Shown: in pieces, positions 1 through 11,894 of the stretch
How positions within the stretch are numbered: position 1 is the first letter of the stretch
Layout: every line of letters starts with the position of its first letter
From: Rhina ancylostomus
Taxonomy: Eukaryota
Assembly (NCBI GenBank): GCA_030265395.1
Contig: JARFYF010000071.1
Span: forward strand, 4,713,042 to 4,777,041
Direction: 5' to 3'
Length of the DNA stretch: 64,000 bases
Position numbers and translations under genes: made by a program
Notes under the pieces: generated by a model
What the model was told of the DNA's origin: nothing
Database searches by the model: none
The model's input: only the letters and a program-made list of their open reading frames with translations

Positions 1-584
1 TTTCTGTTGCTCTCACCTCAACACAAGTCAGAATGCTGTAATAGGACTGCTTTCCATTTAGTTATTTTTAAAGCAACGATAGGAATGGTGATCAAGCTTC
101 ATAAAATTCTTCAGCATAGCCAAGCTCACCCAATATTATAAGCTGTGAGGAACCCTGTACTAACCTGCTGCTTTATGTACAATCTTGAGGTATTATTACA
201 GCTTTTTCAATGTGCCGCACTTTTTAAGGGCTTTCCCAATGCAACGTATAATCTCTTGCCCACATTGTCCATCATTTTTGACCTCATTTTAAATTACAGC
301 AACTAACTCCAAAGATATTTGGAATTTGGATTTCTCAGAATCTCAGGAGGCAGTAAGTAATCCCAACAAAATGTTAAAATTCTTTTGAAAATACTGAAAG
401 GCACAGAGATTATATGACTGGAAATGTCAGTGCAGAATGTTAAACTACTGAAAAGAAACTCACAGCCTTGTTGGTAACACCACATAGCAGGTTATGCTCT
501 GTACTCCAATAGATCCAAATTTCAGAACCAATGTACAATCATGCTCAATGTGCAATCAAGCACAACATGCTTCAGCAGCTTAAT

Positions 585-907
585 ACCCAACTTCTGCATT
601 CTACTCTGAACTCCATCACAGTAAGCAATTTCCAGGAGGACAAAGATAACAGTTCAAGGAGGTCCTCAAAGCTTCCTTTAAAAAAAAGTAACATGCCCTC
701 CAACTCACTGGAAATCACTCAAAATGTTGATGAAGATACTACAAGCTTGCTCCAAAGAGAGCACGAAGAAGCTACCAGCAAATAGCGGAAGGAGCACACA
801 ATAATCCAAACAACCCACCCCACTGCCCAATTGAAGTCCGCCTGCCCCACCTGTAGCATAGTCTGCAGATCCTACAGAGAATTCATCAGTTAACCTGGAC
901 CCATTAA
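585..907 (+). mobile_element. RTE-clade LINE 3' remnant
   Basis: Decayed translation FYSELHHSKQFPGGQR*QFKEVLKAS..KKSNMPSNSLE, then CPTCSIVCRSYREFIS: the RTE ORF C-terminus with terminal C2H2-like motif. Confidence 0.7.
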
Positions 908-1649
908 ACTGGAGAAAAACAATAAGAAATGACTATTTAGCACATTTAGAACCACTGACTGGGAATGAACTCACAGGCATATAAAGAAAATCTGCACAAG
1001 GCGAAAGATTAGAAGTTTTGTTGTTCAATCACTCAATCAGCAAAAAAAAGGAGCTGAAATTAACAAAGGTAGGACCAAGGATTATTAGAACAGGCACAGG
1101 CATGAATGTAGGGACGTGGTTTATCCTGGGACTATTGGAACGTCATCTGTAGAAGACAGCTGGGTGAGTGTAGGAATGAAGGAGTAATTTAAGAACACAC
1201 ATATAAGCATGTTATTCAATCATCCATGAACTATTCAATTTGGTAATACTCCTCTACAAATCAAAATATTGACATGATGCCCGTCTAACAAAACCACTCC
1301 CCCTTGACTAAGTAGTGATTTCATTTGTAGTATCCCTGCTTATGCAAGTCTCACTGAATCCAAAGCTGAGCCAAAGGTAACAATGCACAAAATGAATACG
1401 TACTCTTATTGCTAACCTGCAGTCTACCCTACCCAAATGATCTTAAATTAAGCATTAATTTCACATACCCACAGACTGCAATAGTCTTAAGTTGGGCATC
1501 AGCAGAAGTTGTAAATTTCTGTATTCTCATAAACTATTGACCACCCTCCAGTCACACGGAAGCAGATATGCAAACACTGGGCCAAGACCCCAGCTGATAG
1601 TGCCAATAGAAATGAAGTTAGCAGGATTAGTTTAGGAAGATTACCAACT

Positions 1650-2455
1650 ACCTGTGTTCCAAGTCACACTGAATCCCATTCACCCATCACCACTATGTTT
1701 GCTGACCTTCACTGACTCCCCATTAAACAAGTTAAAAATTCCCATCCTTGTTTTCAGATACTTCCCTGGCCTCTGCTTGCCTCCCTCTGCAGTTGTACAA
1801 CTTTGCAAGGTGTTTGTGTTCCTCTAATTCCAGCCTCCTGATATTTCCCAATTTCTAGTCCAGTTGTGTCTTCAACTGCCTGAGCCCTAAATCTGGTATT
1901 CCTTCCCTGATCCTCTCTGCCTTGAAGATACTCCTCATAATCAATCTCTTTGACCAAACTTTTGATCACTTGCAATAAAAACAGACAGTGCTCAAAATAC
2001 TTAACAGGCCAGGCAGTATTTTGTGAAAAGAGAAACAGAGTTAACATTTCAGGAGACACTTTGCAGAAATGGAGAAATGATACAATAAGTACAGAGAAGG
2101 GGAGGGACGGACAGACAAAGGGACATCTGTGATGAAGTGCAGACCAAGGGAAATAGAATGGCACAAGTGGCAGNNNNNNNNNNNNNNNNNNNNNNNNNNN
2201 NNNNNNNNNNNNNNNNNNNNNNNNNNNNNNNNNNNNNNNNNNNNNNNNNNNNNNNNNNNNNNNNNNNNNNNNNCAAGTTCATTCAGGTGATACTATCTAT
2301 TCAGAACTGTCAAGTAAACAGGTGAATGAGGACACTTGCCCTGATTCTCCTTTTGTGGCCTGATATCAAATTTTGTTTGATAGTGCTTCCGTGAAGAATT
2401 CTGGGATGCTTTACTGCATTAAAGGTGTGGAAATAATCCAAGTGGTCATTGTTGA
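1650..2455 (+). mobile_element. L2 LINE 3' end, interrupted at about 1975-2340 by a PLE-end fragment and a gap
   Basis: PITTMFADLH*LPIKQ (cf. L2 HITPVLADLHWLP) ... LFDQTF; L2-type tail gtgaagaattctgggatgctttactgcattaaagg at 2391-2425. Confidence 0.7.
1975..2075 (-). mobile_element. PLE terminal repeat fragment
   Basis: caggccaggcagtattttgtgaaaagagaaacagagttaacatttcagg matches the recurring PLE-end motif in reverse. Confidence 0.6.
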
Positions 2456-3854
2456 TGACCACAAAGAGAACTATAGCACCACCAAGTCAAGTTAGTGGGA
2501 CCAATAATGCAAAGGTAGTGCCCTGATGTACAATGCCCAAACAGAAACAAGATCTTCAATGTGCTTGTGAACACATCCCAGTGCAGCCAACAAAAGGGGA
2601 AAGAAGTGGTTAGACAGTGCATCCAAACTGTACAAAGGGGTAGAAGAAGTATTTAAAGGAAACACCCCTCCAACCCAGAGTAATGTTTTATTAATGCATA
2701 GCGACCATTTGGATTGGCCATTGGGAGAAGATGGTATTAAAAGCTTTAAAAGGCTGGGCAGCCCATTCTGTTGCCTCTATCTCTCTAATCTTCCCATCCC
2801 TGCTCCGTACACTTGACAATTCCACAAACTGATATTTTCAGTTTCAGTTTTGGTGAGTCTACACCCAAAATAAAAGCCTTTCAGATCCTCACTGATGTCT
2901 CCAGCAATACATGCCTTTGTATCAGGATTGCACTGACAGGTTAAGCTACATATCTGAAAGAGTAATAACATACCAGTGCTCACCAGCACAAAATTTACAA
3001 TGCAGCACCATGGGTGATGAAGCAATGTGGGCACAATAAATTGTCTTGTGGTTGTGTGATGGATACAGTAAGGCTGTGTTTCCACTTATGCACTGCTCTC
3101 AATAGTCTTTGTGATTTTTTTAAAAACTAGACAAAACATACCATTACTGTCTCAGTTCATGTTTTATATAGAACAGACAGAAAAATGAAAAGCCTGCTTC
3201 AGCTTTAATCTAACACACACTGTCAAGCAAATGGCTCATTATAAACAAACTGACTGATCTTAACAAAAGTATGCACTAAGCTGTCTTGACCATCAGGACT
3301 TTATTCCAGAAATTTATATCTCAAGGATTTAAAGTGAAGCTTACAGAGAAAACCTAAGGAATCAGAGCTGACTCTGTCAAAATTAAGATAAGTAAAAGGC
3401 ACCTCAGTAAACTTTAGCTTGTCACGTGATAATGCAATAAGAAACCCTTGGCACTCAAGGAACATGTCTCTTACAAGCCTCTCAGTAAGCTACTCTGTCT
3501 GGTGTGGCTGTCACATACAGAGCAGAAAGACCCCAGTTTAGAATCCTGTCCACTAACAGTTTGGAGCCAGTGGCCTTTTGTGGCTTGAGAATCTCTTGAG
3601 AAAGATGCGAAAATGAATTAGGATCCTTGCACCTAGCTGTAGCCATGAATCCTGTCAGAGGCGGGGCAATAGTGGGAGAAGGGTACCAATCAAAACAGTC
3701 CATTCCAACAAATGTGAGTTAGAGAGATAAATGTCTACAGTAATTGGGCAGTCACAGCTCCAGCGACCTGGGATTGATCCTGACATCTGATACAGTGTGG
3801 AATCTGCACATCCTCCCTATGAGTGTATTGGCTTCCCCAGAGTGGCAGAATCTC

Positions 3855-4725
3855 AGATGGAGATGAGGCAGTGTACAGGAGTGAGATAGATTGGCTAGTT
3901 AAGTGATGTCACTTAACTGATTGTGGACTTCAAGAAGGGGAAGTCGGGAGAATACATACCAGTCCTGATTAAGGTCAGCAGTGGAAAGGGTGAGCAGCTT
4001 CAAGTTCCCTGGTGTCATCATCTCAGAGGATCTATCTTGGGCCCAACACATTGAAGCAATCATAAAGGCAGCAGCCTGTGGCTGCTTCATTATGAGTTTG
4101 AGAACATTTTGTATGTCACCAAACACTCTGGCAAATTTCTACAGATGTACACTGGAGAGCATTCTGACTGGTTGCATCACCGCCTGGAGGCTCCAATGTA
4201 CAGGATCAAAAGAGGCTGCAGAGGGTTGTAGACTCAGCCAGCTCCATCACAGGCACAACCTTGTCCTCCACTGAGGACATCTTCAAGAGGCGGTGCCTAA
4301 AGAAGGCAGCATCCATCATTGAGGACCCTAACCATCCGGGACATGCCCTATTCATGTTACTACCATCAGGGAGGTGGTACAGGAGCCTGAAGACCCACAC
4401 TCAGGTGTTTTAGGAACAGCTTCTTCCCCTCCNNNNNNNNNNNNNNNNNNNNNNNNNNNNNNNNNNNNNNNNNNNNNNNNNNNNNNNNNNNNNNNNNNNN
4501 NNNNNNNNNNNNNNNNNNNNNNNNNNNNNNNNGGAACAGCTTCTTCCCCTCCGCCATCAGATTTCTGAACGGTTCATGAGCCCATTAAACACAACCCCAT
4601 TATCCCTCTTCTGCACTATTTATTTATTTTTGTAACTTACAGTAATTTTTATGTCTTACACAGTACTGCTGCCGCAAAACAACAACTTTCAAGACATATG
4701 TCAGTGATAATAAACCTGACTCTGC
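3855..4725 (+). mobile_element. Rex1/Babar-like LINE, 5'-truncated and decayed
   Basis: VERVSSFKFPGVIISEDLSWAQHIEAIIK...NFYRCTLESILTGCITAW, then the ctaccatcagggagg..tacaggagcctgaag block and tail tgtcagtgataataaacctga; homologous copies at 17770, 28682 and 42103. Confidence 0.8.
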
Positions 4726-4959
4726 TAAAGGCATGCACATTGAAAGGTTAATTGGCTATTGTAAGTTACTTCCTAGTGTGAATGTAAGGAAAATAGTTTA
4801 TAGGGAAAATTAATAGGAAAATGGTCTTGGTTCCATGAGCCAACACGCTTCTACATCATAAGGAAACTCTAGGAGTAAAATTCTGGCCACAGTGCTGATT
4901 TAGACTCCCACAGAACTCAAAATCCTCATCGACAAATTAAATCCAGAGATATTTTACTA

Positions 4960-5170
4960 ACCATTTTGTTGGATCTGGAGTCATATACAGGCCACACAGA
5001 GTAAAGATGAATTTCCTTCTAGTGAAGCAGATGGATCTTTACAATATGGTCACCATTACTTACACCAGATTTATTTAATTCCGCTGCTGCCTTTGTGGGA
5101 TTTGAATTCATGTCTTCTGGTTAACAGTCCAGAACTCAAGGTACTAGTCCAGTAACCTACCACCATGGTA
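4960..5170 (-). mobile_element. tRNA-derived SINE (family also at 40825, 46020, 59340)
   Basis: Reverse complement of tggtggtaggttactggactagt...gaattcaaatcccac head (A/B-box-like) and shared body. Confidence 0.55.
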
Positions 5171-5349
5171 GTATACCATTAATTTACCATAAAGACCACT
5201 AAAAATGGAAATAAATTTTGTATTTAATCTTACCTCTAATTTTGAAGAGATAAGATTTGGTCTTTTAATCTTGCTCTCCAATAAACGAGAAATATTTTTG
5301 TTCCAATCCTTACAACAGTTAGCCTGACTTTTCAGTGTTTTCTGCCTAC

Positions 5350-5509
5350 CTGCCAAGGCTTTGATACGTGAGCGTTCAAAGAGTCGTGCTGAGCTGTTCT
5401 CGTTGTCCCATTCCTCCTCACTGGCATCCCACCGGTTGTTTATGTCATTGTACTGCTGCTGGATTTCGATACTGTCATAGTCTGTGGCTGTTGACATTGT
5501 GCTACTCAT
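5350..5509 (-). CDS. SPTBN2: First coding exon of a non-erythrocytic beta-spectrin (SPTBN2-like; SPTBN1 not excluded). Partial CDS of 53 codons + 1 nt; the remaining exons lie beyond the left edge of the window
   Basis: Translates MSSTMSTATDYDSIEIQQQYNDINNRWDASEEEWDNENSSARLFERSRIKALA, the beta-spectrin N-terminus. It ends at a phase-1 donor GCAG|GTAGGC (intron starts 5349), where vertebrate beta-spectrins split KALA-D. In-frame TGA 6 nt upstream of the ATG. The MSST start, DINNRWD and 5-residue WD..WD spacer favour SPTBN2; ATDYD and WDNENSS are SPTBN1-like. Family confidence ~0.97, paralog ~0.6. Confidence 0.93.
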
Positions 5510-5560
5510 TCTTCAGGACAACCTGTGCTCCTTGATCACAGCTGCAAGGCAGGAAGAGAT
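5510..5560 (-). promoter_or_regulatory. Splice acceptor and 32-nt 5' UTR part of the spectrin exon (exon starts at 5541)
   Basis: Minus strand reads ATCTCTTCCTGCCTTGCAG|CTGTGATCAAGG: a pyrimidine tract plus CAG, with AG at 5543-5542. This implies an upstream non-coding exon. Confidence 0.7.
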
Positions 5561-6169
5561 ATGCTTAATCACTAAGTGCACAGTTACTGGTAAAGAAAAA
5601 GAAATAAACTGTTCTGACAGCTCAAGCTGTTATGATAAGTTTGTCTCTCAGGCATTTGCAGATGATTCCCAGATTTGATCCATGGTTCATAAAGATGCCC
5701 CTTCTTCCCCTATTCACATACACTGGAACAAGATTAGCTATGCTCATTACATCTGCCCTCTACTATTCAAAAGCTTGTCAATTACCACATATAACCATAG
5801 GTGATGTACCATTGCACAGTCAGTACCTGTGCACCACTCCCCAGCAAAGCCTTAAAGAGAAAAGTTGAGAACTTCATTAAACAAAAGTCATCCATCTGAG
5901 TATTTATGATAGATCTGTGGTGGCTCAGAACCAAAATCAATCCCTCACATAGTGTGATCCTTATGATTTTAGAATACATCTCAGTCCTGAGCATCACAAC
6001 ACAATCCAGATCTGGAAATGAGTGGTTACTGGGTACAAAGCAGAGGTTCTTTTGGGCCTGCATCAGAATCTTACCCAGAGTGGTGACACAAAGGTCCTTA
6101 CAAACTTTCTCTGTGGCCTGGTTTGACAATCCAGAGCACTATTGAAGGGTTAAATTACTAAGACAGATT

Positions 6170-6515
6170 TCTTTGGAATTTAGGTGTAATTTGGTTGAAA
6201 TTTTCAGGGTATTAAAGGCCGCTGATGGGGTCAATGGAGAGAAACTATTTCCACCAGTTGGGGAGTTAGGTCTGGGAAGCATATTAGAGGCAGGTCTTTC
6301 AAGTATGAAGTTAGGAAACACTACCACAGGCAGACAGTTTGGACATTTAGAATTCTCATCTGCAGTTGCAACCTGGGTCAAATATTTTTAAAATTGAAAC
6401 TGATATTTTGTTAACTAAAATTATTCAGAAATGTAGCTAAAAGGCTAACAGGTTTAGGTCACAGATTAGCCATGATCTCACTAGCATGACTAGCTGAATG
6501 ACATCCTCCTGTTCT
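6170..6515 (+). mobile_element. CR1 LINE 3' remnant
   Basis: RCNLVEIFRVLKAADGVNGEKLFP (cf. CR1 RGDLIEVFKIMKGFDRV..EKLFP) plus CR1-type tail. Confidence 0.65.
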
Positions 6516-8099
6516 GATTTATCAAATTTACAGTAGTTTAAACATTGACTCAAAAACATACTAAAAATTAAATTAAGACCCATCTCACTCCAAAAAAATT
6601 TCGACTGAATTGGGAAATGGAGATGTCCTAAATAAGGATTAATGCATTTGGATCAGAAGATGCGGTCTGCGTCGAGCTTGTCCTACTTTTAAACTAGGAC
6701 ATCTTTACAAGAGATTTTAAAGGTCGCAATGTATCAACAATCCTGTGTTTTCCACTCTATTCATTGCCTCGGTCTCCACAAATAGAGGTTACCTGGTGGC
6801 TCTGATCATTCACAGCTTAATTTTAATACTTCTTTATGCATCACAATGCTGAATTAATTGCACGAACAGCTTCTCACTATTGAACTCTTTTGTAGCAGCT
6901 CAAAAGAAAATTCAAAATGTTATCTGGAGATTATTGGTCCTACTTTTACAAAGTTATTTATCATTCTGATGTTGCTTGCAGAGCTGCTCTATACTTGAGT
7001 AGTTTTCTGGGGGGTTTTTCCAAATTTCCAGCATTTGACAATTTTTGCTTTGATTTATTATTTTGCTTCTAAGCAGGACTTTACCACAGTCCACAGTGCT
7101 GAAACGGGCAAATTATTATATTAATAAGGTTGATGATTTGTCATCAGATGCAGGACCTCATTATGGTAATCCCTAGTTTGACTCCAATTCACTGTAGTTA
7201 ACCACTGAGATTAGACCTTTTTAATTATCAGTCAACAGCCACTGACTACCCACTACAAAGAACTTCTTTATTTTAAGATGGAATCTGAACCCAAATCATT
7301 ATTTCCAATTCAAATGGTTGTGTAGTTGTTTAACAAATATTGGATGTTTTGTTTGCAGAGTTATTTACTTACTTGCTTGCTTATTTAATTATTTGCTTAA
7401 GCAATGACATCTACAGATTTCATCATAAATAAACTATTCTTTAACTGCCTTCTTTGCACCGCCACCTTCCTAATCACAGGGCTCTAGGCACCTGGCACCA
7501 ACACTAAGCTAACTTGACAGATTTGATGAACAGTCTTTACTAATAATTCTGCGTCAGTCAGTAATTTGTGTGCTAAGTGGGATATCTCTGAGTTCGAAGA
7601 AAAAAAGTTAATCATGCAGCCAAGCAACCATGTCACTCAGAAAACCGTCTAAATAATGGAGGAAACAAAATATGAGAGAAATCACAACAACTTCTCCAAT
7701 CTAGGCAGGGCAGTTTGCTGGAAATGCAGGGTGTGAAAGATAGCTACACACAAATTCTGTTTTTCAATTCAATCTCAGTCACTTGCACCAAAGGGGTAAC
7801 CAGGCATGACTGACAGTGGAACGACCCACTCATATCCATTCTATCCTGAAATAGCAATGTTACTCTCTGCAGTCTTTTGCAAAAGATACTGGCTGAAAAG
7901 ACCCAGTGAAAAGCACATTTCAGTGGCCACTGGCCTTAATGATTCCTCAAAAGCATCATCTTCCAGGGGGAGCCCACTTTCAGAGGAGTGGCGACATCAG
8001 CCAATTTGATCTTGCTCTTCTTCTTCCCAGGAAGTTCTTTTTGGCCAAAGGTGACTAGTTTCAAATCCAATTCTGTGGTTCCTAAGGCAGCTGCTAAGA

Positions 8100-8465
8100 T
8101 TTATGCAGGATCCACAGACCCCATCATTGCTGGATCGATGGTGTGTGATAAGGTGGGTGGGTCAATGGGGAAATGAAGCATGCCTTCCACTGTGTGCTCC
8201 AGTCATGCTGCTCAAGAGGCCTAGTGCTTTCCTAATATTATTTTGATTGGCCACCATCCCAGATTCACTGAAGATGCCACACTTTTGCAAGGAGACTTTT
8301 GAGAATGTCCTTCAAGCATTTTCTTTATCGCCCCCAGAAAAATCTCTTGGCATTATGGAGCTTGGAGTAGAGAACTTGCTTTGGAACTCTGATGTCAGGC
8401 ATGAGGACAATATGGCCCAGTCACTTTAGCACTTGCCTGGTAGAGGACACTGATCTTTGTTCATC
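8100..8465 (-). mobile_element. RTE-clade LINE 3' remnant
   Basis: Minus strand LGHIVLMPDIRVPKQVLYSKLHNAK...KCLKDILK, matching the RTE GHV.RMPD.R.PK..LYSEL motif; same family as 585-907. Confidence 0.75.
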
Positions 8466-9439
8466 TATTTTNNNNNNNNNNNNNNNNNNNNNNNNNNNNN
8501 NNNNNNNNNNNNNNNNNNNNNNNNNNNNNNNNNNNNNNNNNNNNNNNNNNNNNNNNNNNNNNNNNNNNNNNNNNNNNNNNNNNNNNNNNNNNNNNNNNNN
8601 NNNNNNNNNNNNNNNNNNNNNNNNNNNNNNNNNNNNNNNNNNNNCCTGCAATCTACAGATTAGATCAGGAAGAAATTTAATACCTGGCACAGAACTATAA
8701 AGGTAAATGATTCATCAATGAATTCCCTTATGGATTTTAAGGCCAGATTTGGTAAGCATTCTGTTCAGTAAATGACTACTGTTGCAAAGTGATATTTGAA
8801 ATATTGATAGCTTAACTGAATGACCACAGCCTCAGCGACAAGCCAAAAAACCTGACCTACTGTACATTTATATTTACAGATTATTTACCAGTCAATAAAA
8901 CTCTGTAACGAGAAATACAGCAGTCATATGGACAGAAAATATGGACCCACCATAACATTTAAGTATCAGGGAATGATGAGGCAACAAAAAAAAGTGCAAG
9001 GATTCAACTGAATGACCTGACTTACTTGCTTAGATAAAATACCTAGATCAGACCACTCTCCTTTTGATCTATGCTCCTAAGGGAAAAGGGGCTATATCAT
9101 GAGCATTTTCACAAATTTGAGCCTTTCATCTTGCCGAGGTTCACCTTCCAAAATTTTCAATACTGTAAATATTTCCAGGAGATGAAACGTCACAAAACTA
9201 AATCAAATGTCTGTAGTTCATTAAGGAGTAGGTTTCAATTGGCCCAAGAGCCATGGTCCAGTATTATTAACAACTGGAAAATACCTTTAATCCAGAAGCA
9301 GGATTGTTTCTAATCATCAAAAGAAAGTCAGATTTGGACTACTGATGTGTAATTCACGGGTAGTCATAAGGGTAAAATTCAACTCTTTGTGAACATCAGA
9401 TGAGAAATGATTTAGCAGGGCCATTTTGAAGGAAAACTG

Positions 9440-9720
9440 TGGGTAACAAATCCACAAAATTCACAGACAGAGACAGTTAAGAGGTGAAATAATGGAGGTT
9501 TTACCAATACTGGGAGGTTTTTGACAGGGGAGAAAATTACTCCCTCAGGTATTAGATTCCTAATCAGAAGTTGTACATTCATATTATTGAAAAATGAGTA
9601 AATAATTTTAAAAGAGCACTGGATACCTACAGTTAGCATTAGAGCAAATAAGGCTTTTTTCATGGAACCAGCACTGGCTGGATGGGCGAAATGGCCTCCT
9701 TCAGCACTTTAGCTTTCTAC
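9440..9720 (+). mobile_element. CR1 LINE 3' remnant
   Basis: agttaagaggtgaaataatggaggtt...gacaggggagaaaattactccc and tail gatgggcgaaatggcctccttc. Confidence 0.55.
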
Positions 9721-10538
9721 AATTCCAATAGATCAGGATAAATGATATGAACATGCAAGGCTCCAGCCAGCAATACAGGTTTGTAAGATAACTCTAGGTA
9801 TGATGAAGCCGGCTAACCTTAATAATGATAGTCTGTATTCTACTTATCAATAGATCTCTGCTAAGAATTTTACAATTTCATGGAGAAGTAGCACAATCAC
9901 AGTCTGGTTAATCATTAGAGTTGGCTCTTAGCACAGGCCCACATCAGAAGTAGTAACAATTGCAGACTACTTACAAGACACAGAAAAGATTTTCAAACAT
10001 AAATTGGAACACATTCATCAACAAATAAGTTGTTTATTCTAGTCAATCATTGTGTTTTTGTGCATAGGCCATTCACTTTTCATTTCTCGCTCTGCCTGTG
10101 CATGCGTCTTTCTTTCTCCCCAGTTTCTAACTAGGATGCCTCGGCTAGCTGCATCCCTCAGTACAGTTCTTAAATGGACAGTTATAATCTCTGCATTCTG
10201 ACACAGAGAAAGAAAGTGGTGAGTAACGCAGGAAGGGAATGCAAAGCTAGTGAGCAAGCAAATCACCTTTGCATCTTTGGCAGCAACTTCCTTGGAGCCA
10301 AATTTTGGCTTTCAACATGCTTCTGGCTGAGTGGTTCCTTCNNNNNNNNNNNNNNNNNNNNNNNNNNNNNNNNNNNNNNNNNNNNNNNNNNNNNNNNNNN
10401 NNNNNNNNNNNNNNNNNNNNNNNNNNNNNNNNNNNNNNNNNNNNNNNNNNNNNNNNNNNNNNNNNNNNNNNNNNNNNNNNNNNNNNNNNNNNNNNNNNNN
10501 NNNNNNNNNNNNNNNNNNNNNNNNNNNNNNNNNNNNNN

Positions 10539-10700
10539 TGTTTCAATGAGATCACCTCTCGTTCTTCTAAATTCTAGACCACATAGGCTTAATCTTTCCT
10601 TGCAAGATAACCCCTCTGTGTAATTATGATTCTCCACACTGACTCAATGTAAGTAAATCCTTCCTTAATGGAAGAACTAAAGACCGAGTCCACTTTGTGG
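10539..10700 (-). mobile_element. CR1 LINE ORF2 C-terminal fragment next to a gap
   Basis: GLSCKERLSLCGLEFRRTRGDLIET (cf. CR1 GLSYEERL..LGL..LE.RR.RGDLIE). Confidence 0.7.
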
Positions 10701-11214
10701 AAAACAGAAACGAAAATATTGCAAGCACATTCGAAACTTTACACCAATGACACTTTACAATTTCAACCCTTTGGAGAAGAGATCTGCTTGGGTTTAAAAT
10801 TAAAACCCTAGCCCAAGGACATAATTTTTTGACACCCAGCAACCTATTCCCAACATGTAGAGCTCCTCCCTTATGCCAAGCTGATCCACAACCAACTGTT
10901 GGGGAGTGGGAGGTGAACTTGGGATGGCAGCAGCCTACAACATATTTGAAGGACCAGAGAAGACAGTCTGGGCTCACAGAAAGAAAGTATATAAGAAGTT
11001 GACAGCGCTTCCCGTGAGCTTCTTCCAGTGGTCCCTTGAAGGGTAGTAAGACCCAGGAAAACTGGTGTGTTCCACCCATCTTGAGACAAGTTTCAAACAG
11101 AGTTACAGGAACCCACTAATCTTTGGTGCCATCTGTGTGGAGTTTGCATGTTCCTCCAAGTGCTCCAGTTTCACCCCACATGCCAAAGGTGTGCAGAATG
11201 GTTGGTTAATGGTT

Positions 11215-11460
11215 GGGCGGCATGGTAGCGTAGCAGTTATTAGCATAACGCTATTACAGAGCCAGCGATCCAGGTTCAATTCCGGCCACTGTCTGTAAGG
11301 AGTTTGTACGTTCTCCCTGCGTCTGTACGAGTTTCCTCTGGGTGCTCCAGTTTCCTCCCACATTCCAAAGACTTACAGGTTAGTAGGTTAGCATGAGTGT
11401 AATTGGGCGGCATGGGCTCATTGGGCCAGTAGGGCCTGTTACCGTGTTGTATAAATAAAA
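11215..11460 (+). mobile_element. tRNA-derived V-SINE-type element, near full length; an older partial copy lies at 11120-11210 and a tail fragment at 11995-12170
   Basis: A-box tggtagcgtagcag, B-box ggttcaattcc, V-domain-like ggagtttgtacgttctccc...gggtgctccagtttcctcccacattccaaagac, CR1-like tail gggcctgttaccgtgttgt. Confidence 0.8.
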
Positions 11461-11464
11461 TTTT

Positions 11465-11775
11465 ATGGTAGGAGTATCAAAAACAGGATGGCATAAGTTT
11501 AAGGTGAAAGGAAGAAGTTTTAAAAGGGACTTGGGAGGAGAGGTTTTTTTACACAGAGAGTAGTTGATACCTGGAACACACTGCCAGATGTGGTGGTGGT
11601 GGAATTGGACACAATAATTAGATTTAAGAGACATTTAGACAGGCACTTGAATAGGCCAGGTATTGAAGGATACAGACCTAATGTGGGGAAAATGGGATAA
11701 GTGATGAGTGAAAAGGTTAGCATGGATGTGATGGGCCATAGGGCCTGTTTCTGTGCTGATTCAATGACTCTAAAT
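11465..11775 (+). mobile_element. CR1 LINE 3' end
   Basis: HKFKVKGRSFK...FFTQRVVDTWNTLP and tail gggcctgtttctgtgctg. Confidence 0.8.
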
Positions 11776-11787
11776 TACTGTATCATT

Positions 11788-11894
11788 TGTTACGAACCAG
11801 CTACAAAAGAAACACACCGAGTCATGTATAAGTATTTAAAAACTATTTTATTAATAACTACTTATGATAATAAGAAAAATAAAAGTAAAAATGT
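11788..11894. mobile_element. Possible LTR terminus running into a gap
   Basis: Abrupt start TGTTACGAACCAGC (LTR-like TG end), retained CpGs, AATAAA on the minus strand; the other end is hidden by the gap. Confidence 0.3.

Noticed and set aside
5144-5349. Continuation of the spectrin ORF (GRQKTLKSQANCC...)
   Set aside because: It lies past a canonical GT donor at the conserved exon boundary, has no spectrin similarity and ends in a SINE: intron read-through.
1-5349. Next spectrin exon (DEREAVQKKTFTKW...)
   Set aside because: Not seen on the minus strand by eye or in the ORF track; presumably lies beyond the left edge or in a gap.
11215-11290. tRNA gene (also the heads near 48760-48828 and 53195-53255)
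   Set aside because: A and B boxes are present but I see no complete cloverleaf, and each continues into a SINE body and tail.
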